From Thalia democratica (lineage: Eukaryota), in contig OZ241829.1 in NCBI GenBank assembly GCA_965202585.1, forward strand, positions 7,564,001-7,628,000: 64,000 nucleotides of DNA. The letters are read 5' to 3'. The notes below the pieces were generated by a model, which saw only the letters and a list, made by a program, of their open reading frames with translations, was not told where the DNA came from and did no database searches. Positions within the stretch are counted from its first letter, which is position 1. Each line of letters begins with the position of its first letter. Below, piece after piece: positions 52,960-64,000 of this stretch. The translations under genes were made by a program, and so were the position numbers.

Positions 52960-53680
52960 GCTACCACTTTAACTCAAAACCGAACTACTTCTTAGAGCTC
53001 AGTACCACACTTTTATCTGGTTTGGCTGTCAGGCTTACTAACTGGGCTCCAAGCGTAATTAGGTTTTCAAGAAAAAAGGGTTGGGAGTAAAAGTGAAAAA
53101 TTTTTCGCCGGCGGAGCCGGCGAAATGACTAAAAAATGATTTTTTAAATAATCTACCCAAAAATTTTCCAAAAAAGTTTTGATTTGGGGAAATCCCCATT
53201 TTGAAAAAAACTTGTGCGGCTTGGCTTAAAAATTAAGTGACTACCTTATAGCGTACTCCTTAAACATAACCCTAACTTACTACCATATAGTTGTTAACTA
53301 AAAAATGAATGTCTTTTTAGGTGGTTGTAGTAGGATTAATCTTAATTTGGAATATTATTAATTTTTCGAAGGTGTTATCATTGTAATAATAAATACCTAT
53401 AACCATAAAATTCGTGTGAGACATGTTAAATAGTCTTTCTTTTTGGAATGTTTGTTGTGACACAGTCTAATAACAGTATCCAAAACTTATAACTTAAATT
53501 TGAGTACTGCTAACTTAAACATTTTGATTTGATGTTATGTTAACACAATATCAATCGAAAACTTTAATAAAATAAATGCTTACTGTTCTTATTAGGCTGA
53601 TTTACAACAAATATTCAAAAAAAAAAGCCATTTTCACATGTCATTCTATAAAGCCACTGCAAATCATTTTTGATCTAGTC

Positions 53681-54426
53681 AGATAAGAGTCTGGCTTTTG
53701 TCAGCTAGTAACAGTTGCTTATAATAACTCTATAAAACATTAAATGGTTATCAAAGATTTGCTAGCTTTTAAATACACTTCATAAACACTACAAGTAACA
53801 AACAACCAGACTCTTATCTAATTTAGTTATATTAGCATTATCAATTATTACACTATGCTACATAATTCTAAAATATTTATCAGGAAAAACAGTGGTTAAT
53901 CATTTCTTGTTATGTTTTGAACAGTTCAGAGACATAGACATGCTTGTATATTTTTTCAAAGACTAACTATTACTAAATGTTCAAATACTATTTGATAAGA
54001 ATTTCTATGGTGACACTGTCTAATAGTATATCATAAGTTTTTGTTCTACATCATCAAACAGCATTTGTATAATGAAACCAACAAAATAATATTTGATTTA
54101 ATGCTACACATAGTATCAAGCTGAAGATTAAACAAATACTTATTTTATAATATCACTATTAAAATTCCAAACAAAGACTATTTTTTAGTACTATTAATAC
54201 TCCAAAAATTAAGTTTAACACATCAGTACAACATAGCCTTTTTATAAAGATCATACATAGTCAGATAAAGGTCTGGTTTTTGTCAGCTAGTTACATTTAA
54301 CTTATCATAACTCCATCAACTATAATAACCACTAAATGGTAATCAAAGTAATAATACACTTAAACTTTGAATTTTACTGTTAACTATAAACACTAAAAGT
54401 GACTGAAACAAACCAGACTCTTATCT
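53681..54426. repeat. Two related short modules bounded by 14-bp inverted repeats (53681-53819, 54263-54426)
   Basis: agataagagtctgg / ccagactcttatct arms; the modules are about 580 bp apart. Confidence 0.65.
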
Positions 54427-54928
54427 AAATTAGTAATATGAACATACAAAAACACTCAACATAAGTCAGTTGATCAAGCTGCCTTAATGTTGCTTGTGTT
54501 CCTACATGTTCACATGTAATAAAGTATATCACTTATACACAAACATTTTACACTATAGTTTTAATTGCTTAGTGGATAAAAACATAATAATAAAACATTT
54601 ACTTTAACCGTTAATAACAATGTGTCTCTAAAAGTGTGCAAAGATTTAAAATTAACTGCTTAATTTTAAAGCTTGTAGCATTCAGAGTTACAACAAACAA
54701 AAGAACAGCTTGATTTTTAGCTCTAAAATTGTAATTGAACATTTTACATTGTAATCTTATTACAGAGATTCATAACACATAAGTTTTGACATATAGAAAA
54801 GCTAATGAAGTTTAATAGTAACAGCTTTTAGTTAATTTTGCACACTTTAGAAACTCTATAGGATATTTTATAATCTAAAATTTTCATTGTAATTAATTCA
54901 TAATTTTATGACTAGCATTTATGAATAC

Positions 54929-55173
54929 CAGGGCTGCCACTCTTCAATTCGAAAACTGTACTCTTTTAACCAAATTTCAGCTTAATTTGAATAAAATTAG
55001 AAGCAGCAAAAGCTGTTAATGTACTTTACTTGATATCAATTGAGTTTGAGCACTAATTTACACTAATGATATTCTATATTTACAAAAAAATGACAATATT
55101 TAATAAAACAATTAATTTTCAAGTATTTAAAATTGAGAAAGCACTACTAAAAAAATAAGTTTTGGCAGCCCTG
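54929..55173. mobile_element. 245-bp CAGGGCTGCCA MITE
   Basis: Perfect 11-bp TIRs here. The paralog at about 397-641 has lost the left TIR. Confidence 0.75.
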
Positions 55174-55912
55174 AAAAATAATCTTATATGAAATTTATTA
55201 TCTTAACATTAACTATGTTGTATAACATATAAAGCACTTACCTCAGTAAGAGCAGTAAACCAAGAACAGACCTGATATTCAAATTGCCACAAGAAGGTTA
55301 GTGGCTACAAGGGTTGATATAGATGACTGCTGTAGAAATAGAAATGTCCAATTTGTTTGTGCTTAATAAAAACTTTTCAGTGCAACTATGATTAAATAGA
55401 AACACATGATAACTCATGTAGCAGACTGCTGATTTGAGACACTTTTTCACCATAAAGGTAAAGAATTTTCTCTGAAATCATGAAAAAAAAAAGATAATTA
55501 ATCATATGGTAAGAGTAGGAGACTGTTGGTTTGAGATACTTTTTCAACATAAAGAAAAAAACTTTCCTCTGAAATCATAAAATATTAGATAATTAATCAT
55601 ATGATCAGAGTAGAATACTGTTGATTCAAGATACTTTCAAAACATACAGACATTATTTACATTTCTTTTCTAGCATAAACAGTTTAAATTTCAACTGTTA
55701 AAGACAATGCTAATATTTTTTTCAAACCAAGTAATTTATTTTATGTGTCTGCTTTTAGTACCTTTTATTACTTACAAAAAGGTAAACTCTAAAATGATTT
55801 ATGAAAGTAAAGTAAAAAATGACAAGAGCTGCTACCAGTAACACAACATTTTACTAATGAATGCAATTTCATAAATATTTCTGCAAACAGAATTGAACAT
55901 GATTATCACAAT

Positions 55913-56155
55913 AAAGTAGAAGTCTGTTGATTTAAGACAATTTTTTAACATACAGGTAAAGACTTTTCTGTGAAGTTGTCAACAAAAAGAAAGTAAAACA
56001 CAAGATTGTTACTATAAAGTAGAAATCTGCTGATTTAAGACAGTTTTTCAACATACAGGTAAAGACTTTTCTTTGAAGTTGTAAACAAAAAGATAATTAA
56101 ACACAAGATCATCACTATAAAGTAGAAGTCTGTTGATTTAAATCACTTTGGCAAC
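55913..56155. repeat. 103-bp VNTR, 2 units plus a partial
   Basis: Unit starts at 55913, 56016 and 56119. Confidence 0.9.
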
Positions 56156-57246
56156 ATGCAGATGATGTAGATTTGTTTTGTGTTCTTTTTTTTCAACCAT
56201 AAACAGTTCAAGTTTCAACTTTTAAAGACAACTTTGATTTTTTTCATACTAAGTGATTCATACTAAGTGATTGGTTTTGAATTGTATGTGCTTGTACTTA
56301 AAGTACCTTTTATAACTTACAAAAACTTATAAAAGGAAAACTCTAAAAATACTTATGTAAAGAAAGTTTAAGTAAAAATTTGATGACCTACCACTCCTAT
56401 GAAAACTTTCCTAAAATGAATTGCAATTTCTTAAAAAATTTCTGCAAACAGAATTTTTGTATAATTACGTAACAAATAAATCTTGTGCAAAAAATTCACT
56501 TGGTGACATTCACGAGTTCTCTCTTCTCTCGCTTTGATAATTTTAAGCTAATTTTAAACTTTTAGCTATACTTTTTTTAAACCTTGGTTTTTTCAAAAAA
56601 AAAATTTACCATCATGTCGAGCGCCGAATTCTGCTTCAAAAAACACCAAACACTTTATAAAAAGGATGAAAAATAAGCAAAATAGAACTTAAAAACTTCA
56701 AAGCTTTGAATTTAAATTTTAAGTTTTGTCAAACTTGTAAAAGGTGTTTCACTTTATCATAATTATTTCAGTATTATTTGTCAAGTTTCACTAAAGTAAA
56801 GATTTAACTTTTTTTTATACTAAAACTTTTTTATGTTTTTCATTTAAAACATAGTGATAAAAATGACCAATAATCTAACACTTTAAGCTAACAGCTAACA
56901 TTTACATTGAAAGCTACTGAAATCTAGTTGATAAAACTTATTGATTAGTGTAGTACTTATTTATAAATTAATGCTTAACTCTAGAATTAAAGAGAACATT
57001 TAGTTGCAATAAGTATGAGAATACACACTTATACAAACACCAATGTTTAGCTTAACTTTACAAACTTTAATGGGACGTATCAAAACACTAACAATGCTGT
57101 TAAGCAAAGTAAAAAAACGTTAACCTATTTTTAAACTTTTGTCTATGTTTTTTTAAAACCTTGTTTTACTTTTAAATAAATTTTACCACCATGTCGAGCA
57201 CCAAATCCTGCTTAAAAAAACACCAAACAGTTTAAAAAAAGGATGC

Positions 57247-60200
57247 ATATAAAAATATTTATAATAGTAAAACGGTTGACTTACTTTTTACTGATCATAG
57301 ACTTAAGATTTTCTAAATATATTTCCTATTGTTATAAGTATCTAAAATATACATATCTATAAATTATATTTGTTGTAAGCGATTTTTTTGATTTATAACC
57401 TGTCTATTTTCAAAGCTACTTTATAAACTTCAATCAATAATAAATATTAAAACTTTTTTATACATATTTTGCGTCATTTTTACAACTTAGCTTAAATTTT
57501 TATAAACTTCAAAATATATACTTAATAAACAGATTATTCTACCTTTAATTACGTATTAAAGTTGTATAAAGTATGTAAGAATACCCTTTTGCTTTACAAT
57601 TAAGAATAACTTTTTAATCTAATAGAGTTAATATTATTTCAATGATTTCTAGCTATATAAGAAGTTAGTTTTGATAGCTCTATATACATATATTGAATGA
57701 TAATAAAGACTAACATTCTTTTGCTAATACATTTATTAATTTAACTGCTGATAACAGCAAACAGACCGAAAATCAGCTACTTCAACACCCGTACTTAACC
57801 CTAAATTATTAAATTAACTTTAATAAAAACATAAATTAATTGTGGTTTATAGTCTTAGAAGGATTTTAAACTTTTAAGTTTGAATCAACTCAAAAACTAA
57901 CGCTGTCGAATGCTATATAAATAAAGTTTTAATGCTAATCTATCAAAACCATCTTTAACTATCTGTTTGTTTTCCAATTATTTTTAAACTCTATAGTGTA
58001 CACAATTTCGTTAAACAAAACTGTAAATAAAAAATGAAAAAAAAAATTTATTTTAAAAACCATTTATCCGTTTTAAATACAGTGTCACAGCCAGTTGACG
58101 AAGTTGATCTACTTGCCCAGGAGACTTGGTGAGAGTTGGTAAAGGAGAATTGTCTGGTTTGACTTGAAAAATCACTAAAATTGACGTCACAATGCTGCCA
58201 AGTCACCTAGAGTTTAAGGTTAGCCAACATTAGCTTGTAAACTCAAAAAACTATTAAAATAAAGTATATTTCGTCAAACTTTCATAAGTTAAGAGAAAAT
58301 TATAAGTTTATTAACTTTATCAAAGAATAAGTTATATATATAGTAATTGTAAACTAAGCTAACTAGTTGAAAGCTGAAATAAGATTTATTTTTGTCCGAG
58401 GAGTCTCTGGAATTTTAAGCGCAACGAGGTCAGGAAACAATTTAATGTTGGTAACCATGTTAAATTTATCAATGGAAAGCATATGGTTCATACAGGTAAC
58501 AATAAACGCTAATGTAAACTTTCAGCGATTATTATTACTTGTTCAGCTAAAGTTTTAGATAATGTTCAAGCTAATATGGATTTTACCTCGTTATAGTTTT
58601 AAGTTAATAGTATAAGTAGCTTTAAAGTTATATTTTTATAAAATTATTTTGAACTTTTGTTATAGTTTTCTGTGTTTTAGAATTAGTGAATGTTGTTATT
58701 ATAATAACTTAAATTTTTTAATCAACTTTACGGTTACTGTGTATATAATAATAGTAGTAAAAAAGTACAATACGTTTTTTTCGTACTATGAATAATAAAT
58801 ACAAATATTTTTTTATTTTAAAGCCGAAACACATATACTTATTATATTTATTTAAACAGGTCTAGTATTGACAGTTAAACCGAATAATGTTGTCATCATA
58901 GCAGACCTGACACTAGGAAAGCTGGAAGTCTTGCCTCGAGACCTGCACCTATTCGATAGGAGGTTTCAAGTACAGCAACTGTTAAAATGTTGTCTAATAC
59001 AATGTGATGCATGATTGAATAAAAATAAATCAATTATAAAAATATGTTGTAGTGCGAAGTAGATATAAACAAGTCGAACGAAAATTAAATATTATATTGA
59101 TTGTTTGTATAGACAAACAGTTGTTAAAATTTTAATTTTATCATCAATTAATTTTCAATTTTTAAGTGACAAAATAAGTCTTTACCACTTTGTCTACAAA
59201 ATGTCTAGAAATCAGCCCTATCGACTTTAAATGATTAGGCCTTTCTTGAAATTAACATTGAGAAAAACTACAAAAAAATTAAAATGAAATAACATTAAGT
59301 ATATTTGTGAAGACTTTGAAGTATATTTGTGAAGACTTTAAACTTATTTATAAAGGGCTGCCAACCTCCACCTTAGATTTTGAAAAACTTTTATGTAGCT
59401 ATAAAATAATTTCAAGTATGAAACAATCGAAATTTACTTTATTTAATATAGCAATTTACTTTATTTTTAAGTAATCTTAAGAGGGTTATATTTTTCTGGG
59501 TAGTTATATTACCTTTATTGTGTACAGTTTGGTTTGACAGGTGCTAAGGCAGAATGAGTGTTTTAAATAGAAGTGTTTTGTATCTTACATGATTTACCGA
59601 TTTAAGTAATTTGAACTGAAAACAATAATATAAAACTTTTTTAAAAGTTAACCAAGTACAGTAGGTTTTCGCTTAAGTACGTATCTAGTACGTATCTAAT
59701 TACAACTAATTTTGAATACTGACCTTAAAGTAAACTCTACCAATATGAAATTATAAATTTACAGCTTTTTATGTTTGCTTTTTTTGAACTAGAATATCTT
59801 AAATAAAAATTCTTTAGAGCAAGTCTTCTACTTTATTGGGTGTTGTGAATATAAAACTAGTGCACTGCTAAGCTTTAAAACTTTTGTACGCTAGCTATTA
59901 CATTATTCATATAATTCATATTTTTGTTGAACAGCATTAATAAATTGTCTAATATTGTTTCATTTCGTAAATTTAGAGAAAACATTTAAGAATTGATGTT
60001 AATGAAAAATACGCAAGAAATAAACAATTTAACAGCGGTCATAAGGTTTTCGAAAAAATTATTACGGCACAGAATCTGAAGTAATACGAGATTTTGTATT
60101 ACTTCATTCAAATTATAAAACATTACTAAACTTAGTTCAAAATATTTATCATTATATGATAATATAACATAAAGAACTTATTATTTATTTTTGAGTGAAT

Positions 60201-62020
60201 AATAAAACATGTTAGCAAAAGGTGTTTTATAAACTGATAAGCTTTTAAAGTTATCAATACAATGAACCTTTTCATATTAAAAGCAAATGAAAAAATAAAT
60301 GATAACTATTGAAAAGTATATTTTTTAACATGTTTCTGACTAATATGACATTATACTAATTCAATAATGCTATGAATTCGGACTTATGTTGACGTGTTTT
60401 GAACTAAACTCTTTTGAAAACCTTTATGTGAGTTGACGTTTGTTTATCAGGTTCACTAATAGTATGTATTGGGTATGATGATGCAATTTCTTATAACTAA
60501 AGTTTTGACATTTATTCTCGTAATATAAACAAACTACTGAGTTAATTTTTTTAGTTTGTTATAGAGTTGTTTTTTTATTAGAGATAGTTTATTGAGATAG
60601 ATTAACAATATTATAATGCTATTAGCTGTTAAAAATTATTTATTTATAAAATAAGTTTAACTTTATTTTTAACATTCTGTTAAGTTAACAATATTTTTAT
60701 AAAAAGATTTTTTTAATAGACAATTTATGTTTCAATCCTTTTTGACAAGTATCATAAAAAGGAAATAACTAGGATATTTTACTGTTTGTCAGTTCAGACC
60801 CTTCAATTAATTTTTGAATAACTTAAACTTTATTACAATATCAGCAAAAATTATGACTTTTTTAAAAGTCTTAATTAGTTACTACAAACCGTCTGTTTTA
60901 TTAGTTGAAAAATTGAAGTTTACCGTAAAATATTACAACTCACTTTATTGTTCTTATTATTATTATATCAAGCTTTTATATTTAAGTAAATGATAAAAAT
61001 TTTAGGAAGTCAAAGTGCATAATAAATAGTAGTGTTAAGATATTGAAAAAAAATATGCAAATGAATTACTATTTTTATTGAGGTTATTTTTAAAGTAATT
61101 AAAAATTCAAACATTCTACTTTTTTAACAGCTTTAAAAATTCAGATCAGATAAAAAAACTAATAATTATTTAGATAAGTTCTTCCAGTTTCACTCTTGTT
61201 ACTGGATCCGGATTTAGCATGCGAACAATCAATTCAAACAAATCTTTTTCTCCAGCGTTGTTCTTATCAAAATAAGACTCTATCTTCTTAACTTCGCCTT
61301 TTATGTATACAAACTCTGGCTCTTTCATAAAATCTATTTCATTTTCATCCTTTGACAACTTTTGACCAACCTTCTTCTTTTTATCACCTTCGGACAATTT
61401 CAAGTTAATCCTTTGAACTTCATGTTGAGTAAAAGGATCAATCATCAAGTGGATCATCCTGAAAAGTTCCTGTACAGTATCCACCTTGAAAAGCGTTTCT
61501 CCTGTAAAAAGTTCGAACAAAGTGCAGCCGATCGACCAAACATCGCATGGATACCCGATCTGTTTAAATAAAACTAATGTTAAATTTATAGATCCTAGTT
61601 TAATTACAAGGCAAAACATTCAAGTACTTGGTTTATAAGAATATACTTCTTTTGAAGATAATGGCTTACTCTTTTAAAGATATTTACTTATATTAAGTTG
61701 CTTGTTTAAGTAAAGTAGTTTACTTACTGAGTAATCTACTTAAACAACCTTGTGGCCCATTATGACGTCAGGAGCGCGGTACTGAAGTGTTGTTATGACG
61801 TCAAAGTTGAATTCTTCCTCCCAGTACACGGAGCCAAGGTCGCACAATTTAATGTCAGGCTTCATGTAAAAATCATTTTTCCACTGGTGGTAGTAATACC
61901 TGTTTAACAAAATGTAAATAAACTACATATTATTTAATCATTAATATTTGAATATTAATAAATATCTGTATAGTTTAAAATAGAATAATAAATATTTCTT
62001 TAGTAAGACGTATAATGGCA
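57247..62020. repeat. Segmental duplication block, paralog of 42315-47085
   Basis: Colinear match including the SPT5 fragment and kinase exons 2-3. Confidence 0.97.
58083..59014 (+). pseudogene. SUPT5H: Second copy of the SPT5 KOW2-KOW3 fragment; exons 58083-58218, 58401-58495, 58860-about 58950
   Basis: Same exon lengths and same disabling lesions as 43138-44062. Confidence 0.85.
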
Positions 62021-62550
62021 AAAAAAAAGAAGTTGTTATCTGTGTTATACAAACGTAATATTAAGTGTAAAAAGTAGCACAAAACAATTAACCTGTTTAA
62101 TAAAATATTTGCTGTCTTGATATCGCCATGCAACATTTTATTTTTGTGGAGAAAATTTGTCGCTTCAATCAGCTGTTTTGCCATGATTTTTACTTCTTGC
62201 AATTTAAACGGTTGATTATTCATTCTTATTGCTTCTTCTGTATTAGGTCCGTAGAGTGGGTAAACAAGGAAAGCTATATTACCCTCCTTAAACCATTCAA
62301 GTATTTCAATCAAGTAGTTACACCTTCCATCAGCTTTTCCTAAGCTCTTGAAAGCTTTCAGCTCATTAGTTGCATTAGTTGCATGTTCTGGATTTATTGC
62401 CTTGATAGCAACGTTTTGATTGGTTGTAATATTTAGGCATTTGTATACAGTTCCGAAAGTTCCCTCTCCAAGTTTACGGAGAGATTTGTATTTAGATCCA
62501 AGAATTTTTCCGATGAGGTCGTTTTTATTTCCTTGACTTGATTTAGACAT
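61170..62550 (-). CDS. CLK/LAMMER-like kinase copy D, 332 aa, intact; exons 62550-62093, 61899-61749, 61559-61170
   Basis: Motifs LGEGTFG, VAIK, HGDIKTAN, DLG, YRAPD and PCDVWSIGC; 999 nt spliced with GT-AG introns. Confidence 0.93.
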
Positions 62551-64000
62551 TTTAGTTTTCTGCAAATTCTAATATTTTTCGATTTCGTTACACTAACTGT
62601 ATATAAGCCAAATAAGAATTTTTTTGAAAACTCATGAGTTCAAATTTACATAATGTTTAGTAGTATAAATTAATATTTGTTTTATTAAAAATTCTATAGT
62701 AACTAAAGCTTATGGGAATTTAGTTCAATTGTTAATAAGAAAACAATTATTACAGTACTGCTGTATATAACAGTTAAATGTAGTAAACATTATTTTTATA
62801 ACAGTTTTAATCCTAGAAAACTAAAAACAAAGACAAGACAAAAAAATTTATTATTTTAAAGTTAAACTAAAAATTTCAACTGGAACAAAACATATTTTTA
62901 TTAATTTATAAATATATATTTACATAAGTTTAATTAAGTATTAAAATTAAGCTGGTGTCTTTACAAAAGGACACAACAACAACAGTGTATGCATTTTATT
63001 ATGTATTTCAATTTTAAGTTTTTATTAACTTGTACACTAAACATAAACTAAAACTCACTATATCTGTATGATATGTGTAAATATTATGATAAAACTTGAA
63101 ACTCAATGTTAAAAAGTTTTTCTTTTAAAACATCTCGTCGTTTCAACTGACTAATACTTATTTCGGCTATATTTAATAAAGCTTAAACGTTTTCTGTAAT
63201 TTATATTAACTACTGATATCATAAACACTCGTGTGGTGAAGTTTATAAACTATTAGTTTTTAATAGCAAATATTGCTATTGATGAAATGAGTAATGCATG
63301 AAATACTTTATTCGTATTGTTTACTAACATATTGTTATATCAAAATTTCAATTAATAAAATTAGAGTATAAAACAAATTATGATTTGACTTGAGGTAAAT
63401 AAAGTTTATACTTTAGTATAAATTAAGACTAAAATGAATGATTTTAGTTAATATAATATATTTTATTTCAAAACTCTAGTTAAACACAAAATAAAAATGT
63501 AAGTATGGCACTGAAAATACATTTAGCAAAAGTACTACAAAACCGATTAGATAAAACAATAAGTTATAATTAGATAAAAAATTATAAATTCTTTAAGTCA
63601 AGTTTTTTTCGCCAAAATAAAAAAAAAAACTTAAAAGCATATTTTTACTGTACAAACAAAATCATTTAATATATTTGATTGCTTCTTGTACTAAAATATT
63701 TAGTTTTTATTAGAAATGTTTTTTGTATCAAGTTTAATTCAACAAATAACCTTAAATAATTTTATCAAAGATTTACATTATTTTTTTTCCAGTATAAAAC
63801 GTTTTCGAAGTCATACTAACTTTGACAAATAATAAACTAAACATACTACCGACTCGATAGGACCGATAGACAATTAAAACTGTTTTGTTTTAACAAAAAT
63901 TTCAAACTATTATTGTTTATGCATGTGTGTAAATTGCTTCCTTTTTTAAGTTTTTTATTTGGTTAAACTCTCAGTGCTATTTTGAAATAAAATTATTCAA
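62551..64000 (-). promoter_or_regulatory. Upstream region of kinase D, homologous to the M3-kinase B divergent intergenic region
   Basis: Shared blocks: taactgttatatacagcagtact (about 37090 vs 62755-62780, inverted) and ggaagcaatttacacacat (about 35675 vs 63922-63942, inverted). Promoter function is inferred from position only. Confidence 0.55.

Larger units (their letters stand above)
54517..57245. repeat. Segmental duplication block, paralog of 1-3845 with a 946-bp deletion
   Basis: The junction aaacttgt|aaaaggtg at about 56738 joins paralog position 2391 to 3338. Confidence 0.95.

Noticed and set aside
5334-62343. Antisense or off-frame ORFs over real exons (5334, 5482, 25453, 25547, 26014, 27993, 33681, 37898, 38245, 48657, 48674, 58367, 61362, 62128)
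   Set aside because: They are shadows of the kinase, PARP, RPLP1, MHS and SPT5 exons. 58367 overlaps SPT5 exon b mostly in the wrong frame.

Overview
AT-rich eukaryotic DNA with GT-AG introns and the standard genetic code. The composition and repeats look Hydra-like, but the taxon is an inference. Nothing prokaryotic or CRISPR-like is present. The window is a tandem/segmental-duplication hotspot. (1) It has five copies or remnants of a divergent CLK/LAMMER-like CMGC kinase: two intact, three truncated. (2) It has four copies of an orphan MHS(E/K)PKKNSEK family (Ser/Pro/Asn-rich N-terminus, coiled coil, C-terminal TM helix), repeatedly paired with the kinase; one head-to-head pair has had its shared 5' region replaced by a 157-bp satellite. 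(3) A six-exon gene, missed as a unit by the ORF track, joins a FAF1-like UAS domain in frame to an intronless, GC-richer PARP-like domain; this is the strongest novelty candidate. (4) There is an intact RPLP1 gene. (5) There are two copies of an intron-containing SPT5 KOW2-KOW3 pseudogene fragment. Many MITEs, tRNA-derived elements, VNTRs and hairpins fill the rest. All family assignments come from motif recognition by eye; no searches were run.
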